From Escherichia coli (GTDB lineage: Bacteria > Pseudomonadota > Gammaproteobacteria > Enterobacterales > Enterobacteriaceae): a stretch of 64,000 bases of DNA. Shown one piece after another: positions 47,452 to 57,483 of this stretch (positions are counted from its first letter, which is position 1; every line of letters begins with the position of its first letter). Position numbers and translations under genes: made by a program. The notes under the pieces are model-generated. The model worked only from the letters and a program-made list of their open reading frames with translations, was not told where the DNA came from and did not search any database. The stretch is from the NCBI RefSeq assembly GCF_003334315.1, contig NZ_QOWR01000018.1; one strand, 5' to 3'.

Positions 47452-47848
47452 CTGTATGCGATATCATCTGAAAGTGATGAGTTCCTGTATGCAGGATATT
47501 TACAATCGTAAAAACTACGCTATGATGCTCATAGTGTCAGTTTTTATAAAAATCCTGTTCACGCTAAAGAAAACATTGAGATGCAATTTAATGTTGGTAA
47601 ACATACCAGCCCCAAACGATTTTATTCAATCTGTTTTTATATGAAGATATTTCAAGTGAATATTAAGAGTATATAATATTATTATTGCACGCAGCTATTA
47701 TAATATAACAGATTAGTTTAATGATTTGTTTTTTGTGAGTTAAACACATGGTTTTATAGTTGTGATGCAATGAGATTTTCCTTATTGTTGAACTGGCGAA
47801 TATTGATTTTCCACCTATACTTACCTGGTGTAACCCCAATGATATCAG

Positions 47849-48571
47849 GTGGATAATATGCCATACATATGTTCTATCATTTTGGTGTTGAACTCGTTTG
47901 GTGTCCGAATTGGTAAAGAAGATATTTTGTTTAAAAAAGGAAATGCTGTCCTCATTGAATACAATTTAAAAGATCTTTTTTCGTCAAATACAGATCATCT
48001 AATGATCGTAGATGTTGAGGAGAAAACAGTTAATGATTTCTTTAAAAACTACACACTCTCACCTTTTTCTGTAAGAAGGTTTTATCCGTCATACTTGATA
48101 GTAGAATGTGAAGATTTTTCATTGTTAAAGAACTTGGTTGCATGCTTGAATTGTGATAGCAAAACCGTGGATGTAGTTAGAAATCAAATATCACTTGCAT
48201 GTCTTGCTGTCTTATCTTCAGAGAAAATAGTGCAAAGTTTTTTGTTCGGAAGTCTTAATAGCTTAGGTTGTAAAGTTAAGGCTATTATTCACTCGGATAT
48301 CTCAGCGTCATGGAGACTTTGTGATATATCTTCAAGATTATATATGAGCGAGAGTTTGTTAAAAAGAAAATTAAAAGACGAAGGATTATCGTTTAGTAAA
48401 TTAATTCTTGAAGAACGAATGATGATGGCGCAAAGATTATTGATCTACAGTAACCATACTGTCGGCAAGGTGGCGGGAATATGCGGGTATGACAATGCAT
48501 CATATTTTGTAAGTGTTTTTAGAAGATATTTTGGTGTGCCTCCGCACCAATATTTATCAAGATTTTCTTAG
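47849..48571 (+). CDS. AraC-family transcriptional regulator (240 aa), AT-rich gene
   Basis: C-terminal AraC HTH signature (...GICGYDNASYFVSVFRRYFGVPPHQY). Confidence 0.75.
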   Translation: MDNMPYICSIILVLNSFGVRIGKEDILFKKGNAVLIEYNLKDLFSSNTDHLMIVDVEEKTVNDFFKNYTLSPFSVRRFYPSYLIVECEDFSLLKNLVACLNCDSKTVDVVRNQISLACLAVLSSEKIVQSFLFGSLNSLGCKVKAIIHSDISASWRLCDISSRLYMSESLLKRKLKDEGLSFSKLILEERMMMAQRLLIYSNHTVGKVAGICGYDNASYFVSVFRRYFGVPPHQYLSRFS

Positions 48572-48761
48572 AAGATATGATGTGATGGCATTTTATAAAG
48601 TTATTTTTTGAAGTGTAAGATTATACGATATTTTTAGCTACGCCAGAATAATTGCTGGCGTTTTTCTTTTTGAATAGATGTTCGGGCCTTACGCTAATGT
48701 AACTTCTTTCCTTCTTCGAACCAAACCGTGTACACCATCCGTTATCTGCGGAGGTGAGGCT

Positions 48762-48977
48762 ATGAAATCCATGGATAAGTTAACAACGGGCATCGCCTAC
48801 AGCACCTCTGCAGGCAGTGCTGGCTACTGGTTTTTACAGTTGCTCGATAAAGTCACACCCTCACAGTGGGCGGCAATAGGTGTATTGGGTAGTCTGGTAT
48901 TTGGCATGCTGACGTATCTGACAAACCTTTATTTCAAGATTAAAGAAGACAGGCGTAAGGCTGCGAGAGGAGAGTAA
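48762..48977 (+). CDS. phage holin (EssD/EssQ-like class II, 71 aa, possible dual start MKSM)
   Basis: [71 protein letters not shown]; GGAGGTGAGG RBS. Confidence 0.85.
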   Translation: MKSMDKLTTGIAYSTSAGSAGYWFLQLLDKVTPSQWAAIGVLGSLVFGMLTYLTNLYFKIKEDRRKAARGE

Positions 48978-48981
48978 GACA

Positions 48982-49200
48982 ATGACTAAAAACTATGAAC
49001 TGATTGTGAAAGGGACCCGCAATTTTGAGAATAAAGTTACGGTAATCTTAACGTTACAGGACAAAGAACGTTTTGCCGGTGAAATTTTTGATCTGAACAT
49101 CAACCTTGAGCGACTTGAAGGAGCTGGTTTGGATTATTATGAAGTTACTGCGGTAAAACATGCCAAACAGTTCTTGAGAGATTTGGCTGAAAAAATATAA
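48982..49200 (+). CDS. hypothetical protein (72 aa) inserted between holin and endolysin
   Basis: ATG with AGAGGAGAG RBS, 4 nt after the holin stop. Confidence 0.5.
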   Translation: MTKNYELIVKGTRNFENKVTVILTLQDKERFAGEIFDLNINLERLEGAGLDYYEVTAVKHAKQFLRDLAEKI

Positions 49201-49224
49201 AGCGGCATTACTGCCGCTTAGAAA
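49201..49224. terminator. bidirectional hairpin between convergent small genes
   Basis: AGCGGCA-tta-CTGCCGCT stem-loop. Confidence 0.45.
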
Positions 49225-49521
49225 TTATTCAATGTCTGGTAGCTTATCAAAGATTTCGGATACTCTTATATTTGTCATATAAGCAAATTGAGATTCTGCC
49301 AGCTCTTTGGGTGATTTTCCCGCTTTTTCTGAGCCAAAAATTGTTTCTAAAGCCAGCATGTTATATTTGAGAACCTCTTCTCGAGTTTTACCTGATAATT
49401 TTGCGGTAACAGCAATATAAAAAGGCAACACTTTATCCAGAAGGTCGTTGTGTTTTGTCAGTTGTGGTAATACCACATCAAGTTGCTTACTGATTGGTTT
49501 GAATGGATCTATACCGTTCAT
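49225..49521 (-). CDS. hypothetical protein (98 aa), opposite strand within the lysis cassette
   Basis: ORF convergent with the 72 aa gene; no recognizable family. Confidence 0.5.
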   Translation of the reverse strand: MNGIDPFKPISKQLDVVLPQLTKHNDLLDKVLPFYIAVTAKLSGKTREEVLKYNMLALETIFGSEKAGKSPKELAESQFAYMTNIRVSEIFDKLPDIE

Positions 49522-49648
49522 AGTTACATTCCCTTATCAGAGGTAATCAGCCATCCCCCCTTTATTACACACGCCAGTATCCACCACTGACGGGCTGAGT
49601 GCTTAACATATCTAGAGATTAGAAACTGATAAATCCTGATAAATATCC

Positions 49649-50676
<1,028 letters not shown>

Positions 50677-51039
50677 ATTAATATTAAATCGGATTATTTT
50701 TAGCGCTGAATGTGAAATTTAAATAAAAAGGACTCTTCCATGAGTCAAAATCCTTGAAATCTTAAGGGTAAGATAAAAGGTCATTAGACAGAATGACACG
50801 TTTTATTAATAAATAAAGCTATTGTTTCATTCGTGTGTTTTTCTTTACAAAAGTAATCCTTGCTATGGTTGGTTAATCATGCGTTAATGGTGTTCTGGTT
50901 TGTTACAAAATTATCTGAAGCAGTCATTGTTATAATTTTATTATTTGTACCTCTTGAGATTTCCTTGTTGGTTTTTCTCTCTGATATTTTTTTTCGGACC
51001 ATTCTGCCCAAGGGCTAACTTCTTCAAAAGGTAATAATG

Positions 51040-51252
51040 ATGTCTAACAAAATGACTGGTTTAGTGAAATGGTTTAACCCTGAAAAAGGTTTTGGTTTCA
51101 TCACGCCGAAAGATGGTAGCAAAGATGTGTTTGTCCATTTCTCAGCTATTCAGAGCAACGATTTCAAAACGTTAACTGAGAATCAGGAAGTCGAATTTGG
51201 TATTGAGAACGGACCTAAAGGCCCCGCGGCTGTTCATGTTGTGGCACTTTGA
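51040..51252 (+). CDS. cold shock protein (CspA family; CspB/CspI-like)
   Basis: [38 protein letters not shown]... RNP1/RNP2 motifs. Confidence 0.9.
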   Translation: MSNKMTGLVKWFNPEKGFGFITPKDGSKDVFVHFSAIQSNDFKTLTENQEVEFGIENGPKGPAAVHVVAL

Positions 51253-51561
51253 GGTAGAAAATATTACAAACCATATTCACTTTAGATGCCCGTGTTGCCA
51301 TGGTTCTCAGTATAGAACATCATCTTTTGATGTTTCTGACAGGAATCCTTTCGGGGCAAAATGTATCTTTTGTAAATCAATGATGATTACATTTGATAAT
51401 ATTTCACAATACTTAAATGTTAGCCGTCTGTCGTTAGATTTAAGAAAGTGAAAATGAAGGCTCCTTCGGGAGCTTTTTTGCTTAGTGTCTAGTCGATGGA
51501 TACTCACATATTACGGTAACATTATGAAAAAAATAATAGTTTTTTTAACTCTGAACCAGCA

Positions 51562-51753
51562 ATGGTAGTGCCAGTGATGACCGGAGTTAACACCATCATG
51601 CGTGAATATCCAAATGGCGAAACAACACACCTCACTGTAATGGCTGCAGGGTTTCCATCTCTGACCGGAGATCATAAAGTCATTTATGTAGCAGCGGATC
51701 GGCATGTAACTTCAGAAGAAATTCTGGAAGCAGCAATGAGACTCTTGAATTGA
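51562..51753 (+). CDS. hypothetical protein (63 aa)
   Basis: ORF only; no RBS check; position of ynfN in K-12 Qin. Confidence 0.3.
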   Translation: MVVPVMTGVNTIMREYPNGETTHLTVMAAGFPSLTGDHKVIYVAADRHVTSEEILEAAMRLLN

Positions 51754-51925
51754 TTTGATTCTAATGCATTGATAATAAATGATAATCATCTTTATCTGTT
51801 TGTGTGAAATTTAGACCGTCGTATGTTGATTATTGCGATGTTTCATCTTATCTTTTATACGCTTGCTCCATATAATTGACACTACTGTGTACCAGGAAAG
51901 TCATAACAGACTAAAAGAGGAAATG

Positions 51926-52099
51926 ATGAACATTGAAGAGTTAAAAACAAAAACAGAAGCAGATATTTCTGAATATATAACAAAAAAAATCATTGAGCTT
52001 AAGAAAAAGACCGGGAAAGAAGTTACCAGTATCCAGTTTACTGCACGGGAAAAAATGACTGGTCTTGAAAGCTATGATATCAAGATTGATTTAATCTAG
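51926..52099 (+). CDS. gnsB: GnsA/GnsB-family protein (57 aa)
   Basis: MNIEELKTKTEADISEYITKKIIELKKKTGKEVTSIQFTAREKMTGLESYDIKIDLI; AAAGAGGAA RBS. Confidence 0.8.
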   Translation: MNIEELKTKTEADISEYITKKIIELKKKTGKEVTSIQFTAREKMTGLESYDIKIDLI

Positions 52100-52164
52100 T
52101 CTGTTTATAGCATTAGCATCAATTTCTCATCAGATGCTATTCAACAATACAAATTACCCATAAA

Positions 52165-52186
52165 CCTCGTTTTTACGGGGTTTTGT
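52165..52186 (+). terminator. rho-independent terminator after gnsB
   Basis: CCTCGT-tttt-ACGGGG hairpin followed by TTTT. Confidence 0.55.
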
Positions 52187-52394
52187 TATATTTAAACATT
52201 ACCGAATAGGTATAAATCTCGATTGTCGATGGTATTGGTTGTGTGACAATACCTAGTCTTTTCGGTATGCCTGAAGAGAATACAAACGACAGATTATGTA
52301 AGGGAAACGCGCTGAATCTTTCACTCTTTCATGCTGAGTGATTTGACGTTATATTTTTAGCCGTAAGTGAAGAGCAAACGCATGGAGCGACAAA

Positions 52395-52601
52395 ATGCAT
52401 AAAGATCAATACACTGATGCCCCCTCCCAGGAGCAGGTTCGTGTAAAAACTATGCTTAATAGCACCATTTCGATGGGTTACCCGGATGTTGTAATTGCAT
52501 GTATAGAACATCAAGTGTCTCTGGAAGCATTCAGGGCAATTGAGGCCGCGTTAGTAAAGCACGATAAGAATACGAAGGATTATTCCCTGGTGGTTGACTG
52601 A
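52395..52601 (+). CDS. hypothetical protein (68 aa)
   Basis: ATG with GGAG RBS about 10 nt upstream. Confidence 0.4.
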   Translation: MHKDQYTDAPSQEQVRVKTMLNSTISMGYPDVVIACIEHQVSLEAFRAIEAALVKHDKNTKDYSLVVD

Positions 52602-52966
52602 TCACCATAACTGCTAACCATTCTGACCATTTCACAAGTGACAGAGTCAATATCGTATTCTGTCACTGTCAGGCTAATACAGCAATGCAATTCAACTACA
52701 GCAATGCCTCGTATTTAGGTGAATTTACAATATCGTCCAGTTCGGATGCCGGCTGCATTTCTGAAGATAAGGCATTTCGGTTCTCGTATTTTCCCCTCAT
52801 GCTCGTCAGTCCTGCGCGTAGTAAGAGACAGGACACTCACACTAATTTGTGTGGGCATGCTGTGATGTCCTTCTGAATTATCCCCATGCCATTATGTAAA
52901 GCTCTGTTACAGATGCTCGTCACGGTTGTCAGGCTGTCGGGTCCTCCCAGTGGGGGGCCCTGCCAC

Positions 52967-52984
52967 GGGGCGGGAGCGTCGCGG
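52967..52984. other. candidate cos site (cosN-like) upstream of terminase
   Basis: ACG-GGGCGGGAGCGT-CGCGG resembles lambda ACG-GGGCGGCGACCT-CGCGG; lies about 170 bp before the terminase small subunit start. Confidence 0.5.
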
Positions 52985-53151
52985 AAAAAGGCTAGTTTTT
53001 GCATTTCCATGGTGGCGGCAGCATGTTTGGTAATTTATTGATAATTAAAAGTTATTTCTCTTTTCAGCTGTACAATATTTTTTTCTCCCTGTCATTAGAC
53101 TAGTTTGCAATTAATTGAAATATATAAATAAACCTGATTTTCACCTGCCAG

Positions 53152-53691
53152 ATGGAGTTGCTTATGTCAAATGTGAGCGGGATCGGTGATGCTTATTACT
53201 GGAGTGTTTTTAAAATCGCCGAGGCCTTTGGGCTTCACCGGGACACAGTAAAAAAACGGCTCCTCGCGGCCAACACTCCTGTGGCTGCGACTGTCAGGGG
53301 GAACCCCGTTTACGCCCTGCAGCATGTCGGGCCTGCCCTGTTTAGTGTGAAGCATGAGGCAGCAGACTCTGTTCATGATCCATCCCGTATGGAGCCGAAA
53401 GAGAGAAAGGACTGGTACCAGTCGGAAAATGAAAGGATCAAGTTGGAAAAGGAGCAGCGAAAACTCATCCCCGTTGATGAAGTAGTCATCGTCTATTCGT
53501 CCATGAGAAAGGCTGTCGTCCAGGTTCTGGAGACAATTCCGGATGTTCTTGAACGCGATTGCGCCCTGACTCCTCAGGCCGTTGGCGTTGTACAGCAGGC
53601 CATTGATGACCTGCGATACACTCTTCAGGAAAAATCCTACGAGGCTTGTGCTGCTGAATTAATTCCTGATGAGGAAGGAGAGAGTCTCTAG
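53152..53691 (+). CDS. terminase small subunit (Nu1-like)
   Basis: Position and size; N-terminal HTH-like region; followed immediately by the large subunit. Confidence 0.7.
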   Translation: MELLMSNVSGIGDAYYWSVFKIAEAFGLHRDTVKKRLLAANTPVAATVRGNPVYALQHVGPALFSVKHEAADSVHDPSRMEPKERKDWYQSENERIKLEKEQRKLIPVDEVVIVYSSMRKAVVQVLETIPDVLERDCALTPQAVGVVQQAIDDLRYTLQEKSYEACAAELIPDEEGESL

Positions 53692-53699
53692 GAGGAATA

Positions 53700-55799
53700 A
53701 TGGGTTTTTCATCAGCCCGAAATTTGGGAAGGGACATATCGGCAGGATTTTCCCCACCACGTCGCATGCCGATTTCGGAGGCTGTTAAAAAATTCATGCG
53801 TGTTCCCAAGGGGGCTGGTAACTCGGTGCCATGGGATCCTGAACTGACACCCTACATCATTGAGCCCATGAACTGCCTGGCATCGCGTGAATACGATGCG
53901 GTGATTTTTGTTGGTCCTGCGCGAACAGGGAAGACCATTGGTCTGATCGATGGATGGATTGTCTATACCATCGTTTGCGATCCTTCGGACATGCTCGTTG
54001 TGCAGATGACCGAAGATAAGGCCCGCGAGCATTCAAAAAAGCGCCTCGACAGAACGTTCAGAAGCAGTGCGGCGGTAAAGAAAAGAATGAGTCCACGTCG
54101 TAATGACAATAATGTCCATGATAAGACGTTCAGGGATGGCTCGTTCCTTAAAATTGGTTGGCCCTCGGTCAACATTATGTCGTCGTCGGATTACCGGTTT
54201 GTCGCCTTAACCGATTACGACCGTTTTCCGGAGAATATCGACAGCGAGGGTGATGGTTTCTCCCTGGCCTCAAAACGTACCACCACATTTATGTCCGCCG
54301 GGATGACTCTGGTGGAGAGCTCGCCGGGACGTGACATCTGCGACAGCAAATGGCGACGTAAGTCGCCTCATGAAGCGCCACCGACGACTGGTATTCTTTC
54401 CCTTTACAATCGTGGTGACCGCCGCCGCTGGTACTGGCCATGTCCGCACTGCGGTGAATATTTTCAGCCAGCCATGGATGCCATGACCGGCTACCGTAAT
54501 GAACCGGATCCCTTTAAAGCCAGTGAGGCGGCGTATCTACTTTGCCCGCACTGCAGCGGCATTATCACTGCGGAGAAAAAGCGTGAGCTCAATAGTGCAG
54601 GAGTCTGGTTGCGTGAAGGTCAGGTCATTGATTGTAACGGCAACGTTTCCGGTGAACCGCGCCGCTCCCGTATCGCCAGTTTCTGGATGGAAGGGCCAGC
54701 TGCTGCGTATCAGACCTGGGCGCAACTGGTTTACAAATTACTGACTGCAGAACAGGAGTATGAAGCGACAGGAAGTGAAGAAACACTCAGGGCGGTTATC
54801 AACACCGACTGGGGATTACCTTATCTTCCCCGCGCCAGCATGGAGCAACGAAAAAGTGAACTGCTTGAGCAGCGGGCAGAGCCAGTTCCTTCCCGCAGTG
54901 TGCCAGATGGCGTTAATTTTCTTGTGGCGACAGTGGATGTGCAGGCGGGACGTCATCGCCGTTTTGTGGTTCAGGTAACGGGCTATGGCAGCCGTGGCGA
55001 ACGCTGGATTATTGATCGTTACAACATCACGCAGTCATTGCGCGGTGACAGCGACGGGGAGAGCCAGCGAATTGATCCGGCCAGCTATCCGGAAGACTGG
55101 GATGTCCTGCTGACGGATGTTTTTCATAAAAGCTGGCCGCTGGCCTCCGATCCTTCTCAACAAATGCGACTGATGGCAATGGCGGTGGACTCCGGCGGTG
55201 AAGACGGGGTCACTGATAATGCCTATAAATTCTGGCGTCGTTGCCGTCGTGATGGCCTTGGTAAACGTATTTACCTGTTTAAGGGCGACAGCATCCGGCG
55301 CGCAAAACTGATCACCCGTACATTCCCTGATAACACCGGACGAACGGGCCGACGGGCGCAGGCCGCAGGTGATGTGCCGCTCTGGCTTCTTCAGACGGAT
55401 GCACTGAAAGACCGGGTGAATAACGCGTTATGGCGTGACTCGCCAGGTCCCGGCTATGTGCATTTCCCTGACTGGCTGGGGAGCTGGTTTTACGACGAAC
55501 TGACGTATGAAGAGCGGAGCAGTGACGGGAAATGGAGTAAGCCGGGTCGCGGTGCCAACGAAGCTTTTGACCTGATGGTGTATGCCGAGGCTCTGGTCAT
55601 TCTGCATGGATACGAAAAGATCCGCTGGCCGGATGCACCGGAGTGGGCGAGCCGGGAAACCTGGCTGGAGTGTGTCCCGGACAGTACCGAACCGTCATCC
55701 TCACCGGAACCGGTATCCACGCCTGTTAAAAAACAAAAACGGAAGAAAACAGTAACTGACGATGTTAACCCCTGGCTGACTTCCGGAGGATGGTTATGA
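53700..55799 (+). CDS. terminase large subunit (gpA-like)
   Basis: 699 aa; Walker A-like GPARTGKT; GGAGGA RBS. Confidence 0.85.
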   Translation: MGFSSARNLGRDISAGFSPPRRMPISEAVKKFMRVPKGAGNSVPWDPELTPYIIEPMNCLASREYDAVIFVGPARTGKTIGLIDGWIVYTIVCDPSDMLVVQMTEDKAREHSKKRLDRTFRSSAAVKKRMSPRRNDNNVHDKTFRDGSFLKIGWPSVNIMSSSDYRFVALTDYDRFPENIDSEGDGFSLASKRTTTFMSAGMTLVESSPGRDICDSKWRRKSPHEAPPTTGILSLYNRGDRRRWYWPCPHCGEYFQPAMDAMTGYRNEPDPFKASEAAYLLCPHCSGIITAEKKRELNSAGVWLREGQVIDCNGNVSGEPRRSRIASFWMEGPAAAYQTWAQLVYKLLTAEQEYEATGSEETLRAVINTDWGLPYLPRASMEQRKSELLEQRAEPVPSRSVPDGVNFLVATVDVQAGRHRRFVVQVTGYGSRGERWIIDRYNITQSLRGDSDGESQRIDPASYPEDWDVLLTDVFHKSWPLASDPSQQMRLMAMAVDSGGEDGVTDNAYKFWRRCRRDGLGKRIYLFKGDSIRRAKLITRTFPDNTGRTGRRAQAAGDVPLWLLQTDALKDRVNNALWRDSPGPGYVHFPDWLGSWFYDELTYEERSSDGKWSKPGRGANEAFDLMVYAEALVILHGYEKIRWPDAPEWASRETWLECVPDSTEPSSSPEPVSTPVKKQKRKKTVTDDVNPWLTSGGWL

Positions 55800-56008
55800 A
55801 CCAGAATGATATCGAAGCCATGATTCAGCGTTATACGGAAGCTGAAATGGCGGTGCTGGACGGAAAATCCGTCACCTTTAATGGTCAGCAGATGACCATG
55901 GAAAACTTATCTGAGATCAGGCAGGGACGGCAGGAGTGGGAGCGCCGCCTTGCGGCTCTGATTACACGACGACGGGGGCATCCCGGGTATCGGCTGGCGA
56001 GGTTCTGA
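55796..56008 (+). CDS. head-tail joining protein gpW-like
   Basis: About 70 aa ending ...RRRGHPGYRLARF, similar to the lambda W C-terminus; ATGA overlap with terminase. Confidence 0.65.
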   Translation: MNQNDIEAMIQRYTEAEMAVLDGKSVTFNGQQMTMENLSEIRQGRQEWERRLAALITRRRGHPGYRLARF

Positions 56009-57483
56009 TGGCAATTCTTGATGATGTGATTGGCGTTTTTTCACCAGGATGGAAAGCGGCAAGGCTGCGTTCCCGTGCGGTGATCCAGGCTTATGAGGCC
56101 GTAAAAACGACGCGGACACACAAAGCCCGACGGGAGAACCGAACTGCCGACCAGTTAAGCCAGTACGGGGCCGTGTCGTTACGTGAGCAGGCCCGTTACC
56201 TTGATAACAACCACGATCTGGTTATTGGTGTATTTGACAAGCTGGAAGAACGGGTGGTGGGGAAAAACGGGATTATTGTCGAGCCACATCCGGTATTACG
56301 CAATGGGGCCATTGCCCGTGACCTGGCTGCGGAGATTCGCACCCGATGGAGTGAATGGTCTGTCAGCCCGGAAGTCACCGGGCAGTTTACCCGTCCGATG
56401 CTGGAACGTCTGATGCTTCGTACCTGGCTGCGCGATGGTGAGGTGTTTGCCCAGATGGTTTCCGGGCGCATAAACAGCCTGACGCCTTCTGCCGGTGTTC
56501 ATTTCTGGCTGGAGGCGCTCGAGCCGGACTTTATTCCCATGACCAGTGATGAGAGCAACAGGCTGAATCAGGGCGTGTTTGTTGATGACTGGGGGCGTCC
56601 CGAAAAATATCTGGTGTATAAAAGTCGTCCTGTATCCGGACGGCAGATGGAAACCAAAGAAGTGGATGCAGAGCGAATGCTGCATCTTAAATTTGTTCGC
56701 CGTCTGCACCAGATGCGCGGGACGTCTTTATTGTCCGGTGTGCTGATCCGCCTCAGCGCCCTGAAAGAGTATGAAGATTCTGAGCTGACTGCAGCAAGGG
56801 TCGCCGCTGCTCTGGGGATGTACATCCGCAAAGGCGACGGACAGAGCTATGAAACGGATGGTAATGACAGCAAGGAGAATGAACGCGAGCTTACCATTCA
56901 GCCAGGCATTATTTACGACGATCTGAAACCCGGCGAAGAAATCGGAATGGTGAAGTCGGATCGCCCAAATCCTAACCTTGAAACTTTTCGTAATGCTCAG
57001 TTGCGTGCCGTGGCGGCGGGCAGTCGTCTGAGTTTTTCCAGTACAGCGCGCAACTATAACGGCACTTACAGCGCCCAGCGTCAGGAGCTGGTTGAATCCA
57101 CTGATGGCTACCTGATCCTGCAGGACTGGTTTATTGGTGCCGTCACCCGCCCGATGTATCGTGCCTGGCTGAAACAGGCTGTGGCATCCGGTGTTATCAG
57201 GCTACCCCGCGATCTTGACCGTTCTTCACTGTATACCGCGGTGTATTCCGGACCGGTGATGCCGTGGATTGACCCTGTTAAGGAGGCTGAGGCCTGGAAA
57301 ATCCAGATTCGTGGTGGAGCGGCGACAGAATCAGACTGGGTACGTGCAGGTGGTCGTAATCCGGATGATGTCAAACGTCGGCGCAAGGCCGAAATTGATG
57401 AAAACCGCAAGCTGGACCTGGTATTTGATACCGATCCGGCCAGTGATAAAGGAGGCAGCAGTGCCGCAACGAAACGACAGTAG
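56008..57483 (+). CDS. portal protein
   Basis: 491 aa ORF between W and the protease/capsid gene; TGATG overlap with W. Confidence 0.75.
   Translation: MAILDDVIGVFSPGWKAARLRSRAVIQAYEAVKTTRTHKARRENRTADQLSQYGAVSLREQARYLDNNHDLVIGVFDKLEERVVGKNGIIVEPHPVLRNGAIARDLAAEIRTRWSEWSVSPEVTGQFTRPMLERLMLRTWLRDGEVFAQMVSGRINSLTPSAGVHFWLEALEPDFIPMTSDESNRLNQGVFVDDWGRPEKYLVYKSRPVSGRQMETKEVDAERMLHLKFVRRLHQMRGTSLLSGVLIRLSALKEYEDSELTAARVAAALGMYIRKGDGQSYETDGNDSKENERELTIQPGIIYDDLKPGEEIGMVKSDRPNPNLETFRNAQLRAVAAGSRLSFSSTARNYNGTYSAQRQELVESTDGYLILQDWFIGAVTRPMYRAWLKQAVASGVIRLPRDLDRSSLYTAVYSGPVMPWIDPVKEAEAWKIQIRGGAATESDWVRAGGRNPDDVKRRRKAEIDENRKLDLVFDTDPASDKGGSSAATKRQ

Noticed and set aside
45620-48760. tRNA genes in the Q-to-holin region
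   Set aside because: Region is AT-rich with no cloverleaf-compatible GC-rich 75-90 nt segments visible; cannot fully exclude without a tRNA scan.
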